Shown here piece by piece: positions 12,765 through 25,553 of a DNA stretch of 37,174 nucleotides. A program made the position numbers and the translations under genes. Source of the stretch: Octopus sinensis (Eukaryota); the NCBI RefSeq assembly GCF_006345805.1, contig NW_021836830.1:1-37174 (forward strand). Direction: 5' to 3'. The first letter of the stretch is position 1. The number at the start of each line of letters is the position of its first letter. The notes beneath the pieces were generated by a model that saw only the letters and a program-made list of their open reading frames with translations, searched no databases and was not told the DNA's origin.

Positions 12765-12766
<2 letters not shown>
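12564..12766 (+). mobile_element. tRNA-derived SINE, family D (centre resembles the MetaSINE domain)
   Basis: B-box GAGTTCAAATTCC, then GTCGACTTTGCCTTTCA...GGGGTCGATAAATTAA.TACCAG. Homologues lie at 10962 and 34761. The superfamily label is from recall. Confidence 0.88.
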
Positions 12767-12804
<38 letters not shown>

Positions 12805-12807
<3 letters not shown>

Positions 12808-15800
12808 GCTCGAGGACCTAGAAATACCTGGTATGGTGCCCAGGCGCGCAGAAAGCCTACCAGGGTGGATCAGACCCTTTAGTGTTGACTCTCACAACTG
12901 ACTGATCTAGGAAAATCCTGCGATCGTTTTATCATCTGACGTGTGGCACACCGTGCACCTGTACAGATCATGATAATTTGATGGAGAGAGTGTGCTTTGT
13001 TCAGCACAAGCAATGACCACTTTAAGCAAGTCAAAGTGCCGGTTGTTCAGTAAACCATTTTAACTCAATAACACCTGAGGTGTGGAGCATCGATGTGTGG
13101 TTTTTTTTTATTAAATCCTATGGCAATGATAGGATTGTGACGGGAACAGGTGAAGGATGTCACTGGTAGTTCCTAACATGAACATTGCACATTGGTGGTA
13201 GAAGGTAGGTGGCCGTTTTACACAACACCCGCAAGTAATTATGTGACTCGTGTCCTCCTTTCATAACAAAGCAGCCCTTTTTAGGATGGCACTGCTTTCC
13301 TCTTCATGGGGAGGGGTCTATAAAAGATGACCTAAACATTGCTTGCTTGCTCTTGTCCCTGTCATCAGGTGTAGATGTCTGGGCATCCAATATTGCACCC
13401 AAATCAAAAGTAGAAAGAAAATACATGGAACAAATATGTTCATTGCGTCTTGGAATGTGAGAACACTCTAAGATAACATAAAGAACCCTGATCGAAGAAC
13501 CGCTATCATAGCACGTGTGTTGAAGCATCATAAAATTGGTATTGCAGCTCTTTCCGAAACCAGGTTTGCTGATACGGAACAGTTAGAGGAAGTTGAAGGT
13601 GGGTACACTTTCTATTGGATAGGAAAAGCAAGTTCTGAGAAACGTGAATCTGGTGTTGGTTTTGCCATCAGGAATTATATTGCCAAAAATCTTGACTGTT
13701 GGTATAAATGACAGACTTATGTTCTTGCGCGTTGCGGTAGGAAAAGATAAATATGCCACATTTTTGAGTTGCTAAGCACCTACACTTAATTCATCTGATG
13801 AGCTAAAAGAAAGTTTTTACTCCTCTTTACGTGAACAGATTAACAAGGTGTCGATTCAAGATAAGCTGTTTGTCTTAGGTGACTTCAATGCTCGTGTAGG
13901 TAGTGATACACAATCTTGGAGCAACGTCATTGGTCCACACGGAATTGGTAAAGTCAACTCAAACAGTGTTCTTTTATTGTCTCTTTGCAGTGAGTTTGAT
14001 CTTCTGCTCACTTTCAGCTACCTAATTGCAAGAAAGCCAGTTGTAAGCATCCCCAGTCAAATCATTATCATCTCATTGACTATGTCATTGTACATCGTTC
14101 TGATCGACAAGATGTAAGTCTTACACGCTCTTACAATATTGGGAAATGTTGGTCAGATCACAAATTGATCTGCTCCACAATCAAGATGAACATCAAACGC
14201 CCTGTTCGAAATCAACGTAGTTCTCCCATCAAGAGAATTGATGTGGACAAGTTGAAGGTTAAGGAGACCATGCAGTCGTTTCAAACGGCTACTGACGAAA
14301 AGCTGTCCTCCATTATATGTGGGAATGACATTGAGGCATCTTGGTCAGAGTTTAAAACTGCAGTGTATGACTCTGCCAAAGAGTCATTAGGATATGTTCG
14401 AAGGAAGAACCAAGATTGGTTTGATGAAAATGATCCAACTACCCTCCCTTTGCTCAGAAACACGCATCAAACCCATCAAGCGTGGATTACTGACAAAAAT
14501 TCTTCAGTGAAACACAAGGCTTTTCGAATGGCCAAAAAGTTGGCACAATCTCGGCTCCGGGAAATGAAACAAAACTGGTGGAAGTTGAAAGCCCATGCCT
14601 TACAACTGCTAATCAGGAAACTAAGTGCTCTGTTTTCATCAATATGGGAACTTGGTACCGTTCCACAACAGTTCAAAGATGCTTCAATTATTCACCTATT
14701 TAAGCACAAAGGAAATAGATGTGAGTGTGATAACCATAGAGGAATTTCTCTCTTATCTGTTGCTGGTAAGATTCTAGCGCGTGTAATCTTAAACAGACTC
14801 AATGATTCAATTTGTAAAACTGTGCTCCCAGAAACCCAATGTGGTTTCTGGTCTGGAAGAGGCACTGTGGATATGATCTTCAGTTTACGGCAACTACAAG
14901 AGAAAGCAAGGGAACAGAATAAGGACTTGTTTGTTACCTTTGTTGATCTCACTAAGGCATTTGATACCGTCTTCAGGGATGCCCTGTGGACTGTTTTGAG
15001 GAAGCTTGGTGTTCCAGACAAGATGTTGAATGTAATTGTCTCCTTTCATCATGGAATGATGGCGTCAGTACGGTCTGACTGTGAACAAAGGGAACCATTC
15101 GAAGTGTCAAATGGAACCAAGCAAGGGTGTGTCCTTGCTCCGATCCTATTTGCTCTTTTCAGTGATGCATGAAACAGCCTTCAAAGACACCTCGGAAGGT
15201 GTAGGTGTTGAGTATCGATCAGCAGCGGTTCAAAGCCAAAACCCGGACTTTTGTGCAGACTGTTCTTGATCTCCTTTTTGATGATGACTGTGCTCTTGTC
15301 ACCCATAGTCTTGAGGACATGCAGAACATTCTCAATAGCTTCTCTGATGCATGTAAGACCTTTGGCCTTACAATTAGCATAACGAAAACTGAACTTATTC
15401 ACCAGCCGAAACCAAACTCTTCGCCCTCTTCACAACCAGTGGTATATGTTGATGGTAAAGCTTTGAAAACAGTATCTTCTTTTACATACCTCGGCTCTAT
15501 TGTGTCTGATGATGCAAAATTTGAAAAAGATATCCAAAACAGAATCAATAAAGCAAGTGAAGCATTTGGTAGGTTGCGACACAGACTCTGGAACAGCCAC
15601 GATGTGTCTCTGAAAGTAAAAATCTGTTGTTCTATCTACTCTTCTGTATGATGCTGAAACGTGGACCTTGTACCTCAAGTATATCAATCAGCTTGATTCC
15701 TTCCATATGAGATGCCTGCGTTCTATTTGCAATGTTAAATGGCAAGATCGTGTTCGAAATAGTGAGTTACTGGAGAGGTGTGACATCACTGGTATTGAAA

Positions 15801-16344
15801 CATTTTTGATTAGGATACAAATGCGGTGGTCTGGTCATCTCGTTAGAATAGATGACTCAAGAGTTCCAAAGCAGCTTATTTATGGGCAATTGACAAATTC
15901 TTCCCGTCCAACAGGGTGTCCTCTTCGTCGTTACAAGGACAAACTAAAAGACAATCTGAAGCGTTGTGACGTTGCTCTGAGCTCCTGGGAGAGTGCAGCA
16001 GGGGATCGCAGCAAATGGAGGAAAATGTATTTTCTAAAGACTAGAGAATTTGAAAGAAACCGCCTTCGTCATAGGGACGTGCAAATTTGAAAGCAACGCA
16101 TCATCAAAATCCACCAAACAATGACAGTGTGTGTCTCTGTGGATTCAAAGCACGAAGCAAAGCTGAGTTAGCTGTCCACTTGAGAAGACATTTTGAACCA
16201 ATGAATACATGCAAGTGTACCATTTGCGAGAAAGTGTGCAAGACATCTGCTGGATTGAAGGTACACATGCGGTGTCACACGGCTTAGGAATTGTTGAAGG
16301 TTATTTACTGAACCCTCATTCATTGTCTTCGATGAGAGAATCCA

Positions 16345-16346
<2 letters not shown>
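12805..16346 (+). mobile_element. RTE-clade LINE, near full length, inactivated
   Basis: A 5' UTR of about 630 nt, one disrupted endonuclease-RT-zinc finger ORF and a short 3' UTR, with (TA)n tracts on both sides (12767-12803 and 16347-16378). Confidence 0.96.
13436..16287 (+). pseudogene. Disrupted RTE polyprotein: APE endonuclease, reverse transcriptase and two C2H2 fingers
   Basis: APE motifs ASWNVRTL, IAALSETR, ESGVGFAI, LGDFNARVG and SDH. RT motifs NHRGISLLS, PETQCGF, FVDLTKAFD, GTKQGCVLAP, LLFDDD (for Y/FADD, 15277) and FTYLGS. In-frame stops at 13469 and 13773 plus several frameshifts. Confidence 0.95.
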
Positions 16347-16381
<35 letters not shown>

Positions 16382-18115
16382 TGGGGGAGGGAGGTACTTA
16401 TAAATTTATGACAATTTCTTTTCAAATGTTTAGTTAAAAATGTTAAAGTCTCTTACTAATTATTTATTGAATTGCATGAAAGTTAAATTCATCTCCTCAA
16501 GGTTGACTAATATGTAATTCTTCAAGTTATTCCTCACAGTCAAATCTTGATAAAGAATTTCTACAGCTTCGTTTGCGATTGTTTATACAGTAGAGAGATA
16601 TACTCGCAGGAATCGAGAAAAAAAAATTACTCCAACACGTGTATTTCTTAATATATTCTGAATGCTACAACGTTATATAACTTGTTTTTATAATTAACTT
16701 TTCATTGTACTTTTCATTGCATTAAATCTATATTATGGCTTTTAAGAGAGAATAATGCTGATAACAATTGGTGAAATGTAATATATAAAAAAAATTTAGA
16801 AACCGTGCGTTTCCATAGGTTTCTATCGTTTTGGCGCCATTGGTAAGATTATAAATAAACGGCATGGCAGGCTTTATCTCAGCTTACATATTCTTCCACA
16901 CGCACTCTGTCTAAGTATATTAAACAAGTTTTGTTTCACTCAACTATTGATGGAACCTAATAAACTTAGCCGCGTTTCTGTGGATTTGGGTCAGATTTCA
17001 GACAAGAGCACTCACTGCAGACAAATGCTGGATTCAACAGCACACACAGGTTTGATAAAACTGCACACCGCACACGCAAATGTTTCATACTACAGTACTC
17101 AGCTTGTATAACCATCCCAAGCCTTTCAACAACCACAAGGTATTTTCTTTGGTCCTAACAAAGTGATGCAGGCGATAGATTAAGGGAAAGATGTTCTCTT
17201 CGTCATTGGACTGAAAATTTGCGCTTTAATTAAAGTAAGCTTTATATCCAGCGTTAAACAGGAAGTGAATGATTTTTGTGGGGATATAAATTTTGTCGTG
17301 GAATGAGGAAAGTTTGAAATTTATTTTTGAAATAAGATATTTTTTGTCATACTGCGGTCCGACGAAAAACAAAACAAACAATATGCCTGTTTCTCTTCAA
17401 TTCCACGAAGCATGTCGAGAGGTAAGTGTTCCATAAATAGTCCATGTCTCTGCAAAGACTAATTAACTACCATGAGTCTGTCAGTCACTGATGCAAAGGA
17501 GAATAACTCGAGTGAAAAGAAGATCGATGTCGAACATAATAGGACGTAGGGCAACATATACATCTGCCAAAAGAATAGTGAGTAGGCACGCCATTGTGTG
17601 TGTGTGGGGTGTAGAGGGAGTTGTGTGGATGGGTGGAAATTTTCCATTCCGTCGCAATTCGGAATTTTAGGAATGAAGCAGCGATCATTGAAGATTCATC
17701 GAAGTAAATCTTCGATGACAATTCAACCGTAGGCATATATGTGAAACTGAGTAGATACAAAATGAATGATCGGTTTTAGAACATTTGTTTTGCAGAGCAG
17801 CTAATAGTATAAAGCAATCTCGTTAAACCCTAGCAACTAGAAAGGAGCAGGAACACACAACATTACTTCAACATGAAGATGACACCACGATGGTCAAAAA
17901 ATATTAATAACAGATTTCAAGAGTCTCCTGCTTCTGTCCGCAATAGCCTTATACACACTATACAGAAATATAACCTGATAAAAAAAAGAGGCTTTCCCAG
18001 AACTTCCAGGCGCAACTAATGCACACCAATATTTATAAGATATGCCACGGGCCGGCCAAAGCCTTGCAACTGGATTTAATAAAGAAAAAGAAATTTAAAG
18101 AAGACCTGCATTTCA

Positions 18116-18510
18116 GACCTTGTATTTAGTAACCACACTAACACAATACACAATATTACAGTGGAAAAAACCCCTTCTTTCAGACCATGACATGGTTCTC
18201 TGTAACCTGAGATTTCACCATCCGAAAGCTAACCGTAGTGACCTCTCTCCAGCCCACCCATTTGATAACATGGATCTCTATGAGGCCAACTGCGATGCAA
18301 TCATAAGCGATCTATCACATGTTGACTGGTCTTGCACAGATGCACACACCTCCTCCATCATCAAAATATCCTGTCAGAAACATACGTGCTAAACACTCCC
18401 CACTAACACCTGTAAAGAAAACTAAGTGCAGAATTCGCCAAAACAGAAAACCGATTTTTAGAAAATAAAAAGAACAAACAAAAAAATTAACAAACTAAAA
18501 TCCTGCCAAC
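18116..18510 (+). mobile_element. CR1-like LINE fragment (end of APE endonuclease and linker)
   Basis: DLVFSNHTNTIHNITVEK, a frameshift, then LLSDHDMV...DLYEANCDAIISDLSHVDWS, matching the LDL.F, SDH and A.W..I...L..VDW pattern. Confidence 0.75.
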
Positions 18511-18519
18511 AGTCACACA

Positions 18520-18853
18520 TAAATTCTACGGATTTCACCAAAGCAAGATTTGCATAAGAAGGAAGAAATGATGCAAGTTACCCGATGTGGAGAGCCCCGA
18601 TGTGGGACACGTGATTTTGTGGAACAGGCACCAGGCAAAAAGTTCAAGAATGGAAAAGAATTAAAGGTGAATGCAAATATGAACTGTAAAAGCAAAAACC
18701 TGATATATTGTATCACATGACCACGATGCAACGAACATTATATTGGAGAAACAAAAACGAAACGAACCAACCGTGTAAATGTTCCTCAGACATCAAATAA
18801 AAAAAATGCCGCATAATCATAAGGTTTCTGAATCCGAAACTAAACTGTAAATA
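18520..18853 (+). mobile_element. Penelope-like element fragment, GIY-YIG endonuclease
   Basis: From 18577: VTRCGEPRCGTRDF...ANMNCKSKNLIYCIT*PRCNEHYIGETKTK, with a stop at 18718 replacing Cys, and terminal RFLNPKLN. The ORF track misses it because of the stop. Confidence 0.88.
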
Positions 18854-19168
18854 GTCAACAACAATTATATTGAAAGCATCTTCCACTATATATAACACGT
18901 GATTGAAAACGTTAAATATAACACACACACTCACACATACATAAACTGCTGATAGGGTCACCGTATTTCGTTTTTCAGCCATAATATAATGCCAATTATA
19001 TTATAGGTTTGTAAGTCAATGATGTTATACTTTTTGCATAGCTGAACATACGACATAAAAGTGTCATACACACATTAGTTTACTTAGGTTGAGAAAGAGT
19101 TAGAGGTAATAAGGTCACTTTTTTATTGGAGTGGATATATACACTCATCTATCTAGCTATCTAATATA

Positions 19169-19495
19169 TCCGGGTTCAGTCCCACTGCGTGACATCTTGG
19201 CCAAGTGTTTCCTACTGTAGCGTTGTGAGTGAATTTGGTAGAGGGAAACTGAAAAAAGCCCATTGTATATATGTGTATATATGTATATATGTGTGTGTAT
19301 ATGGTTGTGTATCTGTGTTTGTCTCCACAACATCGCTTGACAACCGATGCTGGCGTGTTTACGTCCCCGCAATTTAGAGGTTCGGCAAAACAGATGGACA
19401 GAATAAGTACCAGGCTTTAGTCCTGGGGTCGATTTACTCGACTAAATGCGATGTTTTAGCATGGCCGCAGTCATATGACTGAAACAAGCAAGAAA
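19169..19495 (+). mobile_element. tRNA-derived SINE, family A, 5'-truncated
   Basis: CCGGGTTCAGTCCCACTG, TGACAACCGATGCTG, GTTTACGTCCCCG and ATGACTGAAACAAG are colinear with the reverse complement of 8900-9260. Confidence 0.92.
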
Positions 19496-19639
19496 AAAAC
19501 ACTATATGTAATTCTTGGGTTTATATGGTTTAATCTATTGTCAACATGGAAACAAAATCTGTTATTGTAGTTAGACTCCAAAATTAATAAGTTTTTAAGT
19601 TCAGTTGAGAAATTCAGAATTATACGCAATGTGCGAGTG

Positions 19640-19665
19640 AGTGAATGTGTGTGTATGCATGTATA

Positions 19666-19707
<42 letters not shown>

Positions 19708-19779
19708 CAATATATCTTAAAGAAAAGATATTGACTTCCTTTGTGACACCCGCTATTCTGAAGCTATGTGTAACAGTCA

Positions 19780-19811
<32 letters not shown>

Positions 19812-19851
19812 GGGAGAGAGAGAGAGAGAGAAAAAGAGAAAGAGAGAGAGA
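19640..19851. repeat. (GT)n, (TA)n and (GA)n microsatellite cluster
   Basis: Directly visible. Confidence 0.95.
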
Positions 19852-19897
19852 GCAATGCAATCCGTTGCACAGATACATATTCTGTTGTGTCATCTAA

Positions 19898-20345
19898 ATG
19901 TTATTTTATAGAAATACATTATATTTTGTAGAAATGGTTTCTGTCAAGAACAAATATATAAAAATGTATATTGTTGCGAAGAAATGATTCCTATTGTGTA
20001 GAAAATAACTTTCTGTGGTGCAAAGATGCCTAAAATTGCTTGTAAAGAATTTCTGAAGTGGAGAACTATGTGAAATGTACAGAATGTAGCGTAGGAATTG
20101 TTTATATTGCGTAGCAAATATTCCCAAGATGAGGAATGGCATACTCTGGTGTAGTAATGCAGTCTATTGCGTAGAAATATATGCTATTGCGTAGAAATGT
20201 TATTTTGTAGAAATAAATTCTATAAAAAAATAGTTATATTCCATCGCGTGAAGCAGCTATTAATATGTAGAGATGCGTTGTCTTGAATGGGAATACACCC
20301 TATTGCCTAGAGTGAGTTTATACCTCGTAGAAATACCTATTGTTT
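19898..20345. repeat. Degenerate minisatellite of about 20 bp, core TATTGCGTAGAAAT
   Basis: Two adjacent exact CTATTGCGTAGAAAT units at 20164 and 20184, plus many decayed units on both sides. Confidence 0.8.
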
Positions 20346-20759
20346 GTGTCTTTTAACTATTTAAAGTATCAACCACTAATCTGGTCACTCAGCGCCATCT
20401 ATTACGATTACTCGGAGTATAAATACTTGGTAACAGAACACACCAAGGCGAAACAGAGGAGTATCTGGAGAATGGAAAGATGGTCTTTGCTTACGAAACA
20501 TGAAACACAGCGAAGTCCAGAAAGAAATTATTCCATCATGTCTTTACTCTCGAAGCATTTATTCTACGGGAAGAATTATTATTTTTTTTTTTTTTGCATT
20601 GCAAGACTCCTAATTCAACCTTCTCTTTCACTGAGTGTTCATCTCTCGTTCACGTTAATATTTACCTGCGGTCATTTCTGTTAATGAGTCAAAGAAATCT
20701 CGAGTGAAAGAAATCTTATAATAGGCGCAAGTGTAGCCGAAAGTCATACCTATATATTT

Positions 20760-21262
20760 GAATAGGGCTATAGATTCAATTCAAAGGCTCTGTAAAGCTG
20801 CTGGAGGCTCTCATCAATCTCTGGATGGAGGGGATTGCTGCTGAAGGCCATATGCATGACAGCAGCAAATTCTCCAAGCCATACCTCCAGAAAAATCAGA
20901 AGTCATTGTCGGAGAATTTTCATCAGCCCCAATTTCTGGCCGGATTACCTGCGTATAGGATGTGGTTAAGAAAGACACGAACTGCTCTGCCTGCAACACC
21001 AAGGCTGATCGTTTGGCCAAGGTCAAGGAGGTGTTCGAAGAACTTCTCAGGAACACAGTGAGGAGCGCATGCACCAGGTTTCAAAGATGTCTTCAGGATG
21101 TGGTGGAAGCTGAGGGCAGCTACTTTCATCAACTATATACTCTCAATCATAATAATCTTGTTGATATCATTGGATTTTGTTTGTCAACATTTTCAGATGA
21201 AATAACGCGTTTTCTTTTCCTTTTATGCAAACAAACCGTCAGATGTATTCCGAACCCTCTGT
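20760..21262 (+). mobile_element. Tc1/mariner transposon, degenerate 3' half
   Basis: Remnants VKLLEAL, QQ..S..HTS, LSENF, PNFWP/DY and KDTNCSACNTKA...VRSACTRFQRCLQDVVEAEGSYF. The SPDLNP block with the third catalytic Asp is deleted near 20942. Likely TIR end TTCCGAACCCTCTGT. Confidence 0.85.
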
Positions 21263-21360
21263 CATTTCAGAAGGAGTAAGTTGAGTCTCTTTCTGACACA
21301 GTTTCGATACAATTGCAGCTATTCCACTCCACTTTATGTACATTTACTCCAAACCTATAG

Positions 21361-21361
<1 letters not shown>

Positions 21362-21428
<67 letters not shown>
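21362..21428. repeat. Compound (CT)n(CA)n microsatellite
   Basis: Directly visible. Confidence 0.97.
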
Positions 21429-21431
<3 letters not shown>

Positions 21432-22539
21432 TATCTCTTCTTTTTCGTGTACACACATAAAAACAAAAATCAATATTATATTAATAGATGCAATTCTTTG
21501 ACGATGCATTTCTGAGAGGGGACTACTGTCAGTTCTTTAACGTTTAATTACAGAGTGCTATTAATGAAGCATTTTCAAAGTGAACTGAGTGAGAACACTA
21601 AATGACAACCGCAGGCGATGCAGGGATGCAAGTTTGAAAACCGCTCAGTGTCGTGTTTGGTTTCTCTTTAAAAATTGATTAATGAAAAGAATGTGTGAGG
21701 ACATTTCTGAAAATAATGGTTCTAGAGAGACAAAGTACAAGACCTTGCTGAATGAAAGAAACGATAGCAGCATTGAAAGAATGAGTTTGTATGTTAGACA
21801 TACGGTCGATTTAGATTCTGTGGCGTTATGGTAAGTTACACCCGACTAGTATTTCACATTGAGGTGGTGAGTTTATAATCCATGTTTCTTACTAGTGTAA
21901 GCAGAGGAACTGGTTAAGTTGCTCCGCGTTCGATTCCCTTGTGCGGCGGCACCATAGTCCTGTGTCATCTACCTTAGCTTTTAAGAGTCCAGAGAAATTT
22001 CTAAGTCAACCTAACTATGTGTCTTTTGGCTGCCTTCATAGGAGCCATTCTACTGTAAATATTCAGATCAGATTTTCACTTTAAGAAGAGCTTCCTCCTA
22101 TCTGTTCGCCAGTCGTAGAATCCATGAAAGAGGAAACATACGCTGCTCTTCCACCTAAGACTAACACTTGTAATGACAAACTCCCGCCATCAAAACTAAT
22201 TGTTAAATCCGTCCCTGATTAGATGAGGTTCTTTACGTAGAATAAAGTAATATACAAACATATCCAATCTCAGGTTTTAACCATATTGAAATAAAAAAAC
22301 AAATAAAGCAAGACGATTATGATAAATGGATTAATGTAGGGTCCATGATCCCCAACTCAAAAAGTGAAGCATTACTTGTACAGCATAAACTTAGATGGAT
22401 AAAAAAAGAATCATCGTAAAGGGATTTACATCCAGCTTCAGAGTTTTAAAGAGAATATCAATACTGGGCGATTTTATGGAATTATAGAATATAAAAATGG
22501 TTCGAAATTTAAATCTTCGGCTTGCAACAACCGATTTAC

Positions 22540-25110
22540 ACCCATATAACAGGGGAGAAGGTACCAATTCCTTAGGAAGGAGGGCAGTTGATGATGATTG
22601 TAACCCAAACTCTTGCGACCGACAACTTCTAGTATCAAGTAGGAATATTTTTTTTACATGTAGTAGAAGATGACTGACATCACGTGACTATTTAAAACAA
22701 GATGGAGAGACGATTGTTAAATGTGTAAGAGAAAATCCTATATTTAACTGAAAAGGACATAGACATGGAGAAATCCATTGCTTGGGTATTGGATAAATTC
22801 AGATAGAATGATATTGATGAAACATGAAAGCAGCCTTTCTTTATCAACAAAATCCAGATATACATTGTTACTCCAGAAGAAAATTCTACAATAAATTAAA
22901 ACCTATAGAAGTTAAAGTCCTGATTGGAATTTTTAATGGTCAAATCAGCCCAGGTAGATCAATATAAATTAAGGAAGAGTTGACAGTCTTCCAGCTGTTT
23001 GCAATTGAGCATTTAGTCATCAATATCAGTGAATTCCGGTAATCAAGGTGAAAATTATACAGTGGAGATCAAGGTGAGAAAAGAGGGAAACAAACAGACT
23101 GCTAAACCATTTAGAAACTGTATGAAACTTGCAACAATATACTTTGGGTCAGATGCGTACTTGGGCATATTTCAGTGATAATTTACAAGCGACACTTTCA
23201 GAAATAAAAGTGCCTTAAAGAACAATTGAAATTTCTAAAACAGAATAGAACCAGAAATATAGGGAAACACGAAACAAGTGTGAATATTTTACAGAATGAA
23301 AATGATATATAAAAAGCATTTAATAAAGAAGAAAATACAACATTAAAACTGCATATAAACATTATTAAAGCTAACGTTGTCGGAAATGGAGAAAACGTAT
23401 TTGGACGGAAGATAAAATTCTATCAAAAAATGAAGGAAATATAAAGAAAGATAGAGACAGCACTTTGAATAAAGAGATCTGTTGCGGATAGAGAAAAACA
23501 AAAATCAAATATGATTGGATGATCAATAGCAAGAAATTGAAAACCTTAATAACCAGTCAAAATCCAAAGAAATGTATGAGAAAATAAATGAAATCCCAAA
23601 CAGGAAATGGATAAATAAACAAAATGGTAACATTAAGGACAAAAATGGAAATGTTGTTTGAGTATAGAGGCATAAAAGAGCTGAACGGTAACGAAAACTG
23701 GCGGTCTGTGTCAGACCTGGATGCTGTTAATGGAAACAACATCTTAAAAAGAGGAAGAAGCAGTAAACTCAAAGAAATAAGGAGAGGCAACTGGAGTAGA
23801 TGTAATAGAAGCAGCAGTGTTAAAATTATAAGCAGGACACAGGTCTAATAAGAGATTTATGTAATGTATGAGAGTTTATACGGAGATGAAACTATATTTA
23901 TTCCATTACCAAAGAAACTAAAAGACCAAAACTGCACTCAGTATACAACAATAAACCTGTTGAATCACGAAACTGAAATATTATTGAAGATCAATCAAAG
24001 AATTGCAGCGAGGATAATGGAAGAAATAAGTTCTGTTTCTTTGGCCTAGGAATAGAAACTGATGAGGGAAGACTGTAAGTTAAGAACCATATGCGACATA
24101 GCAGTTGTTGGTATAAATCTAGAGGAAGGTTTACTGAATGCTTTAAAGATTATACCAAGGAATGTGACAAAGTAAAACAGGTGAAGATGGTTTAATGTCT
24201 ATTGAAAGTCAGTCAGGATATGTGATAAAGACACCGAAATAATAAACGTGTGCTGCGAACAGTCAACAGATGGGAATACCTGACAGGAAAAACTTCAGAA
24301 TTTAAAATCTAGAAGAGATGTGTATTGTGATCAAATGCTCTCTCTGAGAATTTCCTCATCCTATAAGTAGGGGTCATGGTTGGAGTGCTAATGGGAGATA
24401 TGGGCATCAACAACCTTTAAATATGTAAACGATAATGCCTGGTTATGTTTCAACAGAGATGTCCTACAAGACCTTGTAACCTACAGTAAATAATAATGGT
24501 ATGTCCCAGGAAGGGAACTAAATGACAAGAACGGAAAATGAATAGAACTGAAGAAGGAAAGACATTCATCAAATGTAAATATTACAATTGGGTAAAACAA
24601 AAATAACAATTGGGGAATAAGCAAAGATAATATACGAGGAAAAAAAGATGGTTATTGTGAAGCACGAATGAAAAAGATGATTAACAGAGACACTTATTTA
24701 AAATATGTCAAAAGGAGTAAAATCAAGTGATTTTCAGATTAAATATATTTGTGCCACCATGCTACATGAAGTTACAGTACGGAATATTAAGACTAGAGAT
24801 TATCTTTGAAAAGCTGACATATGCAAGACTTTTGGGTATATGTCGGTATTGCGGACAAGACAATGAAGGTAGGACGGGAAATAGCAAAATGGAAAGAAAA
24901 TTGGATGCAATCAAAGAAGGAGAATTCGGAAGATTTATTACAAAAGTAAATTAAAAGAACGTTTGCAAAGACTTAACAGAAGGCAAACGAATAGGGAAAT
25001 GAGAAATTGTTCAGAATTAAAATAGAGTGAATGGAAAAGGAGAGACTGAGAGAGACTGGAATGGTACGCTGCATGATTTTCAACTTGATGAAAGCGAACC
25101 TTAGACGATC
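22540..25110 (+). mobile_element. Ancient RTE/BovB-like LINE, heavily decayed
   Basis: Ordered remnants LIGIFNG (GDFNA-like), IKDKNGNV, ATGVDVIEA, TIFIPLPKKLKDQNCTQYTTINLLNHETEILLKI, CFKDYTKECDKVK and INNL/YVND. Ends at a (TA)n tract. Confidence 0.8.
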
Positions 25111-25171
<61 letters not shown>

Positions 25172-25514
25172 AAGAAAAAAAGATTTTCTTCAATGCATAG
25201 ACTTCACTTTGAAGTGCTCAAGAGAATCAAACCTGAGGCGTTAGAAGAGAGTGAAAGTTAGGCAAATAAAGTTCACATATGTGTGTGTATGTGTATTATA
25301 TATATATACACACACACACCCCAAAACGCACGCGCGCATGTGCTTATGTGACTGAATTATTCTTCCTTTTATTGGTTAACATGAACACTCCCAACATTTT
25401 ATGCAATTATTCCCCTAATTAAAAATTTAGAAATTTAAAAAAAATATAAAAATTGCTGTCATAAATACTGAATATCAGAATCGGAAACGCTCCCAACTGT
25501 GTGTGCGATTACAT

Positions 25515-25553
<39 letters not shown>

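Noticed and set aside
17385-17760. Possible exons: a plus-strand GAG/GTAAGT donor near 17421 and minus-strand ORFs 17459-17760
   Set aside because: No consistent acceptor, donor and frame combination, and no recognisable protein.
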